From NCBI RefSeq assembly GCF_009914755.1, contig NC_060939.1: a stretch of DNA of 64,000 nucleotides. One strand, given 5' to 3'. A program made the position numbers and the translations under genes. Below, one piece after another: positions 28,681 to 41,749 of this stretch; positions within the stretch are counted from its first letter, which is position 1, and each line of letters opens with the position of its first letter. Source of the stretch: the human T2T-CHM13v2.0 reference genome, Homo sapiens. The notes beneath the pieces are model-generated. The model was given only the letters and a program-made list of their open reading frames with translations. It ran no database searches and was not told where the DNA came from.

Positions 28681-29641
28681 TCATTTTGCTTCTAACATTT
28701 TGTATCCTTTCAATCTGTTGTACAGATAAAAATTCTGTTTAAACCAACTGTTACAAGAAAAATCTCTCTGTTAAAAAAAATCTTGATTGCTAACAATAAT
28801 TAATATATTCAAAGCAATAGAGAGAACAGTAAATTTCCCCAACTACCACAGTTAGGACAGGCTATTGGGGTTCTTTGAAAGTTGCCTGTAAATAATTAGC
28901 ATCATTATTTGGTAAATTATATCTAGCTAAAATATTACCTGATTAATGTGTTCCTTCCACAGATCACTTAGCTATGAGCTCTAAAACCATGAGTGATCCT
29001 TTTCATTTGAGGTTGCTTGTTGACTGACATGTGTCCTTTGTACATAATGACATTTAGACCATGGTCTCTCAATAAGCTTTTGAATTCAAACAGGCACTGC
29101 TAATGGGGAATTTTGCTAATGCTAATAGCTATCATAGTAGTGTTATGATAATAGTCACATCTTGTACTTCTCCAGGGTCTTTCTCGGTCTTTCTTGGAAC
29201 ACTGAAGAGACCTTACTGTCATTTTTCCTCAGTGCTCCCAGCAGCAAGAAGGCACCTGTTACTATTTTGGAAGCAAGAAAATTATGAAAGTGCCCAAATG
29301 TTCTCCAATGTGGAGAGAGAGCAGAACCTATAATTACCACATTTATGTGAGACCATTTTTCTACATTAAATCCCATCCTGTTTCACTCTAAATACCATTT
29401 AAGCCAACCTCCAGCTTTTCCTGGTGCCCATCTTCAACTAAGCACCTCATTGTCTTCTGTTCTAAGACTTTCATTCAAATATGGAGTTTCCAGGAAAATA
29501 ATTCACCTCATCAAACCAATTTAAGGGAACTGCACTCATATTTTACCCTAAATCTTTCCATTGATTGATTCATTCATTTAAAATGCTTATTGGACACCCC
29601 TACAGAAACCTGTACCAGGTTCTGAGTAATGAATGGAGGCA

Positions 29642-30008
29642 GACTTCAAGACAGCCTGGCCAATATGGTGAAACCACGTCTCTACTAAAAATACAAAAAT
29701 TACCCAGGCATGGTGGCGAGCACCTGTAATCCCAGCACTTTTGGAGGCCGAGGTGGGTGGATCACCTGATGTCAGGAGTTTGAGACCAGCCTGGCCAATA
29801 TGGTGAAACCCCGTCTCTACTAAAAATACAAAAATTACCCAGGCGTGGTGGCAGATGCCTGTCATTCCAGCTACTTGGGAGGCTGAGGCAGAAGAATCAC
29901 TTGAACCTGGGAGGTGGAGGTTGCAGCTAGCCAAGATTGTGCCATTGCTATCCAGTCTGGGAGACAGAGTGAGACTCTGTCTCAAAAAAAAAAAAAAAAA
30001 AAAAAAAA
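29642..30008 (+). mobile_element. AluS, 5'-truncated, with a 135-bp internal duplication (partial trimer)
   Basis: cagcctggccaatatggtgaaacc...attacccagg occurs at 29652 and 29787. A25 tail. Flanked by ggaggca at 29635 and 30009, inside an L2 3' end. Confidence 0.93.
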
Positions 30009-30199
30009 GGAGGCAAAATGCAGAGATTCCTCAGATGAGGCCCCTGGGAGATGGTAAGTGAGTACCCACATAACCATACCTACCAAAAGATAGGGGTGGT
30101 GCCCAGAAGGTACAAAGGAAATGCTACCTCTGAAACATATGAAACAAAGACTAGTCAAGTAGTATCTCCTGCCTGAGAGTCAGCATGACAGAGGAGAAC

Positions 30200-30390
30200 A
30201 GGAGGGCCTAGACTGCAATTCCTGCTCTGATACTTAATTAGCTGTGTGATTTGGGAAAGGGTATTATCCTCTCTGAGTCTCTCTCTCCTCGCCTATAAAA
30301 TAATGTTAATAATGCCTATTGGCATGGATGCTATGAGGTTTAAAGGTTTGGCATCTAGAATGCATAGTAAGTACTCATGAATATAAGAAG
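30200..30390 (+). mobile_element. MIR
   Basis: ttagctgtgtgatttgggaa...ctctctgagtctc...tataaaataatgttaataatgcct. Confidence 0.7.
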
Positions 30391-31004
30391 CACCTCTCCA
30401 AAACCAGCTCCCTGCTAAGAAAGGTTTGTGTATATGTGTGTGTGAGTGCACACACGTGCACATGCATGCTTATGTTTTGTGGGCATATGATCATTCATTG
30501 TGGTTTTTTGCTGCCTCTTCTCATAATAACCCATTTTTGGTCACCTGATTCTTTCTCCAGGCCCATGTCACAATTGTAACATTAAGAAGAGATTAGAACG
30601 GCATGTGCCCACCAAAGCTCACAAAGAGGAAAAATATCTCCCTCAGATATGTATTAGAACACAAAAGTATATAGAGATCCAGTCATGTACATTCTGAAAC
30701 ACCAACTAAGGATTTATTCCTCACAGTTGCCAATTTTTCATCAAAGTTGCGAAAAAAATGTATCATTAACACTTCAATTGATCTGTCTGGAGGAATGACC
30801 TATATCAACCACCATCACGTGTATTCCAAACAAAAGTGCACTTACTTATTAGTATTCCTTCCAATGCATCATCTCCTAGGTTTTACTCATTTATAAGTAT
30901 TCAACAAATACTTATCACGTGCCCAACATATACTGGAGTTGTGCTAGTTTCTTGTCATGTAGCAACCTGTTCTATGGGGGCATAAAGAGAAACACTCTGT
31001 GGCA

Positions 31005-31260
31005 TTGTGTTTGTATGGGTGTGTGTATGTGCATGCATTTAAATGCATGTACCTATGTGGACACGACTGCATGTGCCTATATGTTTGTATGTATGCGTAC
31101 ATGTGCACATGCGTGTACATGTATGTCATATATGTGTATTCTATGTAGGTGTGCACTTGCATACATGTCTATACACATGCATTTTAAGTGTGGGTATGCA
31201 CATGTGTAGTCTACATGTGTCTATGTGTATGCACGTATGTGTACATATTTGTGCACATGT
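31005..31260. repeat. Degenerate (TG/CA/TA) RY-rich tract
   Basis: About 255 bp built of tgtg, catg and taca words. Confidence 0.9.
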
Positions 31261-34200
31261 TTTAGTATTTTCCAGTGATTCAATCCAGCTCTTCTCATAG
31301 GAACTTCATTTGGTGGCCAGTGTGGAAATCATCTTATTGGGAAGATGAATTTCTCTATGAATGTTCTGCTATGTACTTCTGGAATATGGTATAGTGTTCT
31401 CATTTTCTACTTTTTCAGAGAAGAAGTCAGGAAATAAATCATAATTCCTTTGGCTTCAGAGACTCCACTCATCTCTAGCCCCTCAACCAAGTACCTAGCA
31501 CAGGACCAGGTACAGATCAGGCACTCAGCAAATATTTGTCAAATTGTATGATACTGAGTCTCTGTCTTATACTCAGTCATCACAAGACATGACCCAATTT
31601 GCCAAGTATGGTCTGGGCTGCCCTGGGATGGCTTTGGCCTATAAGGATACACGATGTGGCCTGAAATATGTGTCCTAGGCTTGGATAATACACAACCCAT
31701 CTCATTCCAATGTTGGCTCATTGGTTTATTCCAGAAGTAACACAACCAGCTAAAATGCACTGTCCTTGACTCCCTCACAAGGCCTGCCAGCATTGCTCTG
31801 AGAAAACACGAGCCATCATTCTCCCTGGTCCTCCCTACCTCCTCTCCTCCTACTGACAGGTGGGAGGAGTTAGAGGTTCCTGAGCACGGAGATGGTGAGC
31901 CACATCACATGGGGGTGACTCTGTTGCAAAACCAGGGAGAAGGAAGCAAAGAGACCCAGACAATGCTTCTAACAGCACTTCTCCTGGAGGAAATTAAAGG
32001 AAAAACAGGAAATGAAGCTGGAGACAAGGACACCAGAGGGCTGAGTGGAAGCCAGAGCAATGACCCTTAGGAATTTTTTTCTTGTGGGAGTCAGAGAATC
32101 GTAAAGAGCTTCCAGCACAGGGGTGTTTAGGCCTGGCTTTCCCAGCAGGGCCAGAGGTGAGCACTGGATATAGAGTCTAGGAGTGGCTCTGCTGTTTCTA
32201 GCAGCCTGGCCTCAGATGCATTGTATAGTTTCATCAAATCTAGTTTTCTCTGATTGTGATGTGGAGAAAAATTATACCTCTTCACAAAATTGTGCATTCT
32301 GTTTACCAAGATAATATATGCTAAAAATGACAACAGCAAAAAGCTAGCATGCAGTATAAGTAAGTACACTCCCTATTATTTTATGCTATATTTCATCTGG
32401 GTACTATCATAGGCGATGATCTGCTTTCCTGAGGCTCCAGAGGGTACTGCTATCCTTGGAATGAGCCTCCCCTGAGAACATTCCCCCAGCATCAACTCAA
32501 CCACCCTGAACCACCCCAACTTCACCTGGGGCACCAGTGTTCTCAAATATATGAGTACCAGAAGGGCATAATTTCAGGTTTGCTCATGGCCACACTCTTC
32601 TCTCCAGTGTCTCTTTGTGTAAATAGCCTAAATCTTCTGAGCCTTTATTTCATCATCCATGCAGTGGAACTAGCAACTCATAGATCTGTAGTGAGGAAAA
32701 TCTAAGAGACTGAATATAAATAAATTAACCCATCAGTTATACCTTAATAAAGCTGGGAAAGTAAAAAGGGGAGCCCAGTACCTTGGAAATAATTAAGTGC
32801 TCCATAAGCATTGCCTACCCTGGTAATAACCACGAATAGTTATGCTACCACTGCTTGTTATTATTAATAATAAAGTGAGCTTCATTATAAACAGAAAGCA
32901 CCTTGCTCCTCAAAAAGAGGGTGTCTCCTCTGGAGGAGAGGCTCTCCAGGTCCGAAATTGCCAGCATGTAGCCAGCTGCCGTAATGGTCCTGCATTTTCA
33001 TTCTGCCAGAAAGTCTCAGAGGCATCCTGATGTCTGCAGGCTGCTCTCACCTCTCCTGCTTAGGAAAACTGTGTGCCACTGTGACTGTGTTTATCAAGGA
33101 CATGCCACAAGTTGCAGTGATGGGTGACAGGTTTTAATTTCCTGCCACTGTCCTTCTAGAAATGTAAGCCAAACCAGCACTACGAAAGGCAGACAATGTA
33201 CAGCTACTGCAGGATGGAAATGAGACATGAGGATGAGGACAGAGCAGAAGCCAGGACTTGGCCCTCATTCATGGAGCACCCAGTGTGCCTAGCACTGGCG
33301 CAGGCACTGCGAGGCACACAAAACCTTTCAAACATGCATCCACCCTTGAATGCTTTTCAGTGTACATAAAATATTTAGGAAATGATCTCAGACAGCACAG
33401 AGTCACATGCTGTTTCCTGAAGTTTGGAGAATTGTGTGAAGAATAGTAAGAAGGAGTTGCCTGGGTGTGAGTTTGCAGACAGCAGCAGAAAGAGAAGAAG
33501 AAGGTACTGGAGGGGGGATGTGTGTCTTTTTCAAGGGCTAGGCTCAGAGCACAGCAGGCAGAAGCAGTAAGAGGAGGTGCTTGTTTCCTGGAGAGAAAGA
33601 TATTCAGTGTTATGAGTGACAGCCCAGAGTCCCAAGGATCACAGTCAAAAATAACTTATCATTTCTTACTAATTCTAAGACAATTTGTTTTTATTACACC
33701 TGACTAGTGTCCCACCACCAGCTGAAACCAGGCCTTCTGTGGTTTCCATTCTTCCCCTCTAATGTTGCCTATTTAATGCTAATAATAGCCTCACTGACTC
33801 AAGTAGTAGTGGAGTAAATACTGTCACTCAGGTCTCAGAAGTATTAGCCTGCATGTAACTGGCCCTTGCTCCCTACAGCCCGTCCCTGCCCAGTATAGCA
33901 GCAGCCCCTCTGGATAGGAGAGTGGCTCCTCCCTTGGCTCACAACAGCATCTAGAATGCTCCTGGTGTTCCATCAATATTTCCTACAACTAATTATATGG
34001 TAGGTTTTGATGTTTTATTCCTGGGCAGCCAAATATATTTCATGCTGAGAAGGACAAAAGCACCCAGAGCGGTCTAGAGAGCCCACTGGAGAAAAGGTAA
34101 GATGAAAGAAAAACATCTTCTGTCTCTTTCCTCCTTGCTCTGTCTTTCTGTCATGGCCTATCATTCTCTGCCTTCCTGTCTCTCCATCACTGTCTTGGGT

Positions 34201-35029
34201 TCTCTCCTTCTCTGCCTCCTCTCTCCTAGAAAGGCAACCCCCTGGTGGCGTCTATTGTCAACAACTGTGACACTACAGCCAGGGGCCCACCACCTGCAAA
34301 TTGCCTTCCAGGCCCCCTATGGCCACTGATATTAGAAGAGGCTCCAATTGTCCTCATATGGATAATAACCAGATGGGTTGGGTCAGGCTGTTCTGCCTGC
34401 TGAGTTAACCACACCACACCCCTGAAGGACTTGGAGGACTGTGTGGCAGGATGCAATGCTATGCAGCAGCCTGGAGCCACCTACGGAGTGTGCCAGCTTC
34501 AGGGTCCCCAGTCACCTGCAGGAAGCTGCATATCCTGTTTGCCTCCAGGTAGCACATCCACTGGGGACCAAAGAAGGTTAGAATCGATCTAGATTCTCGA
34601 CTGGAAAAGCACATCAGGAAATGTAGCTAACACGCAGCCTTTTCTAGTGTGGCTAAAGGAGGCTTTGTTTTTATTCATTCAAAACCAATGGCTTGGGCCT
34701 CCCCAGCACAGTGCTAGACAGGAGAATCCAGAGATAAGTAAAACACAGAATCTGCCCTCAAGGAGGCCAGATCTTGTAGGATGCTAGGACAGTGGACCCA
34801 CGACAATTAGAACTGCAAGGAAATTGGACTGATAGTCTTTGCTCACATTGCTTATAGTAGTTTGCAAGGTTGAGCCATAATTTCAAGTTGTTACATTTAT
34901 TTGTTAGACATTAGGATGAGTACTAGTTCTGGCCAAGAAGTATTTCCATTTCCCCATTGCCTCTCTCTTACAACCAGAAAACCATTAAGGGGCACAGAAT
35001 AAGGCAGACTGCCTAATGCTCTCGACCTG

Positions 35030-35650
35030 AGGAGCAACAAGGTGGTGAGTTCCCTGGGTGTCTTCTTTGCCTCTCCTATACCCTGTACAGGGCACTGCAG
35101 AACCCTCCAAGTCAGAGCCATTCACAGACACAGACAAAAAAGCTTCAAGAAAATCCTGTTTCCCTCAGCCAAAGGATCAGAAAAAGGGTCATCTAATCAC
35201 AGAAAACCATTATGGCAGTACCTGCCCTGCTCAAGCCACACTCCAATAAAAAAACTACAGTCCGTCGACAGGACCAAGAGGAGCTGAGCTTCTATTCCAC
35301 TCCCATCCCTGACCCCATATAAACAGACAAAGGCACACTAATTCCCACACCAGTGTAGAATCAATGGGATCCACCTACCTATAAGACTGAACATGACAAT
35401 TCAAGTCAGGGCTCCATGCCCTCTTTACCCTGGGCATTAGTGAGTTGAGCTGTGCCTTCACCCTCATCTAGCACCAACAGAACAGGCCAAGGTGGTGCAA
35501 GGCAGGGCTAGTCTCACTTTACTTCCTCCTGGCTTCCTGGTACTGACAGGGCCCACTGAAGACCCGAGCCTCCACCCCACTGGCAACAGTGAAAGGGAAG
35601 AAGATGGTGGGAAGAGTGAAAGAGAACAAGCAGGGATAGTTAGCACTCTG
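35030..35650 (+). mobile_element. Old L1M 5'UTR-type fragment
   Basis: ggtgagttccctgggtgtcttctttgcctc...acagacaaaaaagc...agccaaaggatcagaaaaaggg matches old L1M 5' sequence. A related motif is on the minus strand near 43710-43735. Confidence 0.6.
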
Positions 35651-35815
35651 CTTCTTCCTCCCCTCTCCTGCTGTCATCTGCATCTACCTGAAACTTGGGC
35701 TTTCACTGCTAGCCTGCAGCAACAAAGCAGAGGCAGTGGACAAGGAGGAAGCCACGCGGGCAGGCGCAAGAGTGACAACTTGAGACCCTTCCAGAGACTA
35801 TCAAGAAAGAGGTGA

Positions 35816-36635
35816 TTTGCATTTCTCTGATGGCCAGTGATGATGAGCATTTTTTTCATGCATCTGTTGGCTGCACAAATGTCTTCTTTTGAGATATCAT
35901 CTCACACCAGATAGAATGGCGATCATTAGAAAGTCAAGAAACAACAGGTGCTGGAGAGGTTGTGGAGAAATAGGAACACTTTTACACTGTTGGTGGGAGT
36001 GTAAACTAGTTCAACCATTGTGGAAGACAGTGTGGCGATTCCTCAGGGATCTAGAACTAGAAATACCATTGGACCCAGCCATCCCATTACTGGGTATATA
36101 CCCAGAGGATTATAAAACATGCTGCTATGAAGACACATGCACATGTATGTTTATTGCAGCACTACTCACAATAGCAAAAACTTGGAACCAACCTAAATGT
36201 CCAACAATGATAGACTGGATTAAGAAAATGTGGCACATATACACCATGGAATACTATGCAGCCATAAAAAATGATGAGTGCATGTCCTTTGTAGGGACAT
36301 GGATGAAGCTGGAAACCATCATTCTCAGCAAACTATCACAAGGACAAAAAAACAAACACCACATGTTCTCACTCACAGGTGGGAATTGAACAATGAGAAC
36401 ACTTGGACACAGGAAGGGGAACATCACACACCAGGGCCTGTTGTGGGGTGGGGGGAGGGGGGAGGGATAGCATTAGGAGATATACCTAATGTAAATGACG
36501 AGTTAATGGGTGCAGCACACCAACATGGCACATGTATACATATGTAACAAACCTGCACGTTGTGCACATGTACCCTAGAACTTAAAGTATAGTAACAAAT
36601 ATATATATTTAAAAAAATTAAAAGTAAATAAAAAA
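35816..36635 (+). mobile_element. L1PA (about PA5), 5'-truncated and 5'-inverted (twin priming)
   Basis: Inverted piece 35813-35894, forward piece 35890-36635. TSD aagaaagag(g/a)tga at 35803-35815 and 36636-36648. Confidence 0.96.
35889..36389 (+). pseudogene. L1 ORF2p C-terminal remnant
   Basis: [20 protein letters not shown]...MFSLTGGN* is the native ORF2 end. Confidence 0.9.
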
Positions 36636-38379
36636 AAGAAAGAGATGAATCCTGGGACCTGCCCCTTAAAGGTGTGTGCTGATCTAACCAATGAATTTAG
36701 GAATAAACTGTGAAAGCAATTTTACCCTAACACTCACAAGCTGTGGTATCTAAGGGACTTTCAAAATGAATATTTATTCAACTCAACTGAGTGACAAACC
36801 TATTAGATGCCAGGCATGGCCAGGTGCTTGAAATACAGAATAAAAGATGACTTCTGTAGTATTCAGGGTTTCACAGCCCAAAGAATCAGGCAGGCATGTA
36901 AATTATCAATCAATAGAGTACCAGGTCATGAGTACTATAATCAGGACTTATATAAGGAACAGCAGGCATGTAAAAGAAGCCAATAATGTGGAGGGACTTA
37001 GAGCAGGGCTCATACAGAAGACCTGAGATGAAAATAGTTTGTCAAATGATCGAATGACTTGAATGAATGAGTAGTAGATAAAGGTGAAGAAAGTTTACAG
37101 ACAGACCCTAGGTAGGAGGTACTATTTGTATGTTTCCTTCACAGTGAGAAAATGATCATTTCCTGTAAACACACATGCATGGACTCTTCTAACTGTGCTT
37201 TCCCCTGTACATGACTTCCACTGGACATATGCCAAAGTTTTCCCTACCTTTTACTTCCCTGCCTCCAGGAGGATCGGATAAGGTGTTACCAGGTCTTGCC
37301 AGAAAACTGGAAATCCCTCTTGGCCATCTGTACTTTGAGAGGTGGGAAAGCATGTGCCTTATGCTTAACCATACTGAGCTGCTTATCTTAAGTTATCCCC
37401 TTTCTCTGGGAGACCAAAAAGCCTTCCATTGAGGGCTGGAACCCTCCTTGCATGAGCTGTGTCCCCTGACCATACCTTCCTGCTCATCCTCCCTGCCTCT
37501 TTAATTCTGGGGCCTTAGGGGTATTTCCTCATGGCACAGAAGAAACAAAAAAAGGCTAGGGACAAGGCCTCATTCTAAAAGTATTCTAATCCATTCTATT
37601 GGTCAAGTAAATCTTACCTCCTGTCTGAAATCGCTCTTGCTCAGACAAAAGTCTACACATTTTTCACAGAGCTCTCTGGCACTTAATGAAACCCCAAGTC
37701 CATTATGTCTTGTCACTGAAAGTGTGCTCTGACAAGGCTGAAAAACTTCCTGGAGAGATGACAGTGCATGTGCCTGACTCTTTAAGAGACAATTGTGTGT
37801 AGTCACATATTGCTTTGTGGATTGGCGGGTGGGTAGGGAAAGAGGCACCTGTCACTGACTCTCTCACCTGCTGACATGACCCATATGGAAAAAAATGAAA
37901 TCATGGGTGTATGGCATCATCCAAACACCAAGAAAGAGCCAACACTATTTGCCTCCACTGGGGGTTTTCTAAAGGTTTATGGTCAGAAATAGGACATCCA
38001 CAAAGCATGTGTATTTCTGCATGTAATTTTATAAATTATGTTACACATTCTTATCTATTTTTCTTGTCTTTAAAATTGTAAGACTAACACTATCTTCTCC
38101 AAACAGTCCATGTGATAATTAAATGAGCTCTGAAATACTATAGATAATGGTGAGACATAATATATCTCGAATAAGTGTTGCAATTGTTATTATTGGTATT
38201 GTCAATTTCATGTGATGGTAATCCATTATGATTATAAAGGACTTTCAGTGTACTGAAAGTTTTTATATTCATTGATGAGAAAATTGTTATTGTCGACATT
38301 TACAGAGTATCAAAGAAGTTAAGTGATTTGCCCCAGGGATCAGACTAGTGATAACTGAGCTAGGAAGTACAGAATAGAG

Positions 38380-38620
38380 AGGTGGATAAGAGCTCAGCTT
38401 TTGGCTTTGGACCACAGAGCACTGATCTTAGCTTTACTACTCCTTACTATGCAACACTGGGAACATTACCTGGCCCCTCTACCCATCCAGTTCTTCACCT
38501 ACAAAATAGTTTCTTACTTCATAGGTTGTTGTGGGGTTCAAATAAGATAATCGATGAAAAGCACTTAGAGCTGTGTGTGGCATATAGTGTGTGCTCAATA
38601 AATATTAGCTACTATCACTG
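38380..38620 (+). mobile_element. MIR
   Basis: cataggttgttgtggggttcaaataagataat...aaagcacttagagctgtgtgtggcatatagtgtgtgctcaataaatattagc. Confidence 0.8.
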
Positions 38621-38834
38621 CATTCAGATTGTCTGAGTTCAGCACTCTTTCCACTACATAACTCTAAAGACAGCAGCTTCAGAATCTGTTTTAGAATAAA
38701 AACTAACTGAAAATTGTGATATGTCTATTCTCATTTAAGAGGTAGTAAGAGTATGCAGCTAAAGAGTATGCCACAGAGTAGAGATCCATGGTGAAAAAAC
38801 AGAGCCCAGTGGAGAGGGAGAGGGCTTATATTCT

Positions 38835-39139
38835 TTTTTTTTTTTTTTTTTTTTTTTGAGATGGAGTTTGCTCTTGTCACCCAGGCTGGGGTGCAATAAA
38901 ACAATCTTGGGTCACTGCAACCTCCACCTCTTGGGTTCAAGGGATTCTCCAGCCTCAGCCCCCCAGGCAGCTGGGATTACAGGTGACCGCCATCACGCCC
39001 AGCTAATTTTTGTACTTTTAGCAGAGTTGGGGTTTAGCCATGTTGGCCCGGCTGGTCTCGAACTCCTGACCTCAGGTGATCCATCCACCTCTGCCTCCCA
39101 AAGTGCTAGGATTACAGGCGTGAGCCACCACGCCTGGCC
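38835..39139 (-). mobile_element. AluSq-like
   Basis: Full Alu in reverse complement. Imperfect TSD ctta(t/g)attct. Confidence 0.95.
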
Positions 39140-39569
39140 TTAGATTCTATTTTTAAACAAGGGAGAACAAATACAATACCATGCAAGTATTCTATGCTCC
39201 CACATAGTCTAAAGATATAGCTTATTCCTTCTTAATATACATTATCAAATAGACATAAAGGAGTAAGAAGGTATTTTCACTGTCCATGAGTGGCTAGAAG
39301 ACCATTTCTGCAAAAAAAAAAAAAAGGTGGGGTGGGGGGGTATCTTGTAAGTCCTTGTGCTACATCATTGATAATTCACTTATTTTATCAGAAGAATCAA
39401 TGAAATAGTGGGGATGAGAAAAATAGAGGAATTACGATTCTGGGCTGACTGATGGGAAGACATACCTGGTGAAGTAGAAGAGACAAGATCGGGGGAAAAG
39501 TAAGTTTTAACTTCTTTTTGAAACAGAGAGGAAATACATTCTTCAAGTGTACCACTTAATGATCTGCAT

Positions 39570-39800
39570 CTTGGAGCCCAGATTTGAATCCGAATTCTGA
39601 TTCTACTGCTTGGTTTATACATCAGCTTCAGTCATTTACTGGCAGACTCCAAATTTCCTTTTGTTGTTGATTTTAAAGGAAATACAAATGATTCTGTTTG
39701 TTACTATAACTATCCTTAGAACTAAATGAAATGGTGCATGTGACAAATCCAGCACAGTGCCTGGCACACAGCACGTACTCAAAACAATATTTAATTCTTT
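39570..39800 (+). mobile_element. MIR
   Basis: ttggagcccagatttgaatcc...agcacagtgcctggcacacagc. Confidence 0.65.
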
Positions 39801-40309
39801 GTCTTGGGTTTGAAACTTCAGAGTTCGAACAAATGGTAGCAAATCTCCCACGGTCAGAGAATCCATGGGAGCACATGGATGGCATTAAATAGGGATTTCC
39901 AAGAAGAGAAATTGTGATGAGACAATTATGAACAATTCTAATGAGATAAAAAAATGCTGTTAAAGTAACAAGTGTCATTTCACAGAGGCTCTCTGACAAG
40001 CTCAGATTGCAAAAGGCCAAAGATAAAAACATGGGCAAAAGGATGTATGAGCTAAGAGACACATAAAACAGGAGTACAACAACCCCATGAGGATGTGGTG
40101 TTGGGGCCAAACCACAGCAAACTGATACTGTCAAAAATGCCACAACCAGACAACAGAAACTTTGAAGCTTCATTTGGTGAAGGCAATTGAACCAGGGAGT
40201 TACAAGCATCTACTTGGATGGAGATGGTATATTATTAACCTATAAGAGGACCCTGGCAGAAATCTGTATACACCTCTTCTTACCCTTTCTCCAGTCTGAG
40301 AGAGTGATC

Positions 40310-40720
40310 TGCAAACAGGAAAGGCCAAAACAAATGTTGCAAATGAAGGACTGTGGCATCAGATAAGGAAGGAGATGAAAAGGCAGTGAGCCAATCAGAG
40401 GGTTACCAGAGGCCAATGGTGCAGAGCAGAGTCCCTATAGGCTGGTGTAAGGACTTTCACTTTTACTCCTAGTGATATAAAGCACTGTCTTGAGCAGAGA
40501 AACAAACAACAGGATCTGACTTGGGTATTAAAGCGATTGTCATGACTCCTGTGTTGCAGACAGATGCAAGGAGATGGAAGAAGGGTAAAGGTCGAAGCCA
40601 GGAGATAGACCAGTTAGGATTATGCTACAATGCTTCCAGTTAGAAATGAAGGTAGACTGTACCAGAAGGTTAGCAGTAGAGGAAGTAAAGCCTTCTGGAC
40701 ACACATTTAACATATACAAA
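40310..40720 (-). mobile_element. L2 fragment, continued at about 44750-45200
   Basis: gtaaggactttcacttttactc...gccaggagatagaccagttaggattatgct. Confidence 0.7.
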
Positions 40721-40809
40721 AATGGCAACAATAGAAAAGTAGAGTGACTGTCTGTCAAAAAACTTCAGCTCATGGCATATCTTGCTTCTTGCTTTTTCTA
40801 TACTCATTT

Positions 40810-41749
40810 TTTCCTACTATTGAATTAGTGAGAGGCAAATACTAATCCACACATATTGTTCAAAACTTTTAGAGACACATTATGTTAAAAACATAAGCAT
40901 ATTGCCATTTTCACATCTGAAAAACTTAACAATAATTCCTTAACAGCAACAAATATCTAATCAGCACTGAGATTTCCTTTATTGTCTCATAATTTGTTTT
41001 TACAATTCTTTTTGAAATTAGTATTCACACAAGCTCCATGCATTGGGTTTCTTTGATGTCTCCTAAGATTTGATCACCTAGAGATTTCTCTTTTGCTTTT
41101 TGAACTTTCTTTAAATTTATTTTTGAAGAAACCAGGTTATTATTATTGTAGATTTTCCCACATTCTAGATTTTGCTGAATATGTCCTGTTGTTTAATGTA
41201 TTTCTTTGACTTCTACATGTCTCATAAACTGGCAATTAGATTTAGATCCTTGATAAGATTCTTTTTTTTTGGGAGAATACTTCATAGATGGTTTATATAC
41301 TTTCATGGGAAGGTGCTTAATGTCTGATTTATTCTCCTTTATGTTAAGGTTGAACAGTGGATACAGATATTGTCACACTGGTCTATCACGAATTTCTTCC
41401 TCACTTTTCACTTGATGCTCTTAAAAGACATCAAGAAGCACTGCATTCATCCTTTATTTATTCAGGGTTACAAACTAGTAATATTGTAACAGTGTTATTT
41501 CTTTTTTGCCTATTTGTTATTAAATTCTAAAAGAGAAAATGTTCCTTATCAAGCACTTGATTACTTTGAGGTAAAACTTAAACAGAAAAAGTAGACAGAT
41601 GCTTATATGCCTTATTTTCACCAGCTTTCAGAATCATGTTTTTCTAGCATCCTCCAAAGGAGGCCAATGTGATTTTTGTTTCTGTATCATTAAGAACTTA
41701 TGGATTTTAAATATTTGATGTATTTTACTGTATTATAATTATTCTTTTT
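40810..41749 (-). mobile_element. L1MC4-like 3' region, left part of the host element
   Basis: L1MC4-type 3'UTR motifs. The sequence resumes colinearly at 43932. Confidence 0.7.

Noticed and set aside
30919-31300. Cys/His/Met/Val-rich ORFs that look metal-binding
   Set aside because: Artefact of the TG/CA low-complexity tract.
34234-34250. CTCF-like motif CGCCACCAGGGGGTTGC (minus strand); weaker ones near 4940 and 50968
   Set aside because: Each misses a highly constrained core position. Not supportable without ChIP data.
39673-40209. 178-aa hydrophobic minus-strand ORF
   Set aside because: Overlaps a MIR, shows no family resemblance, and its hydrophobicity reflects the T-rich strand.
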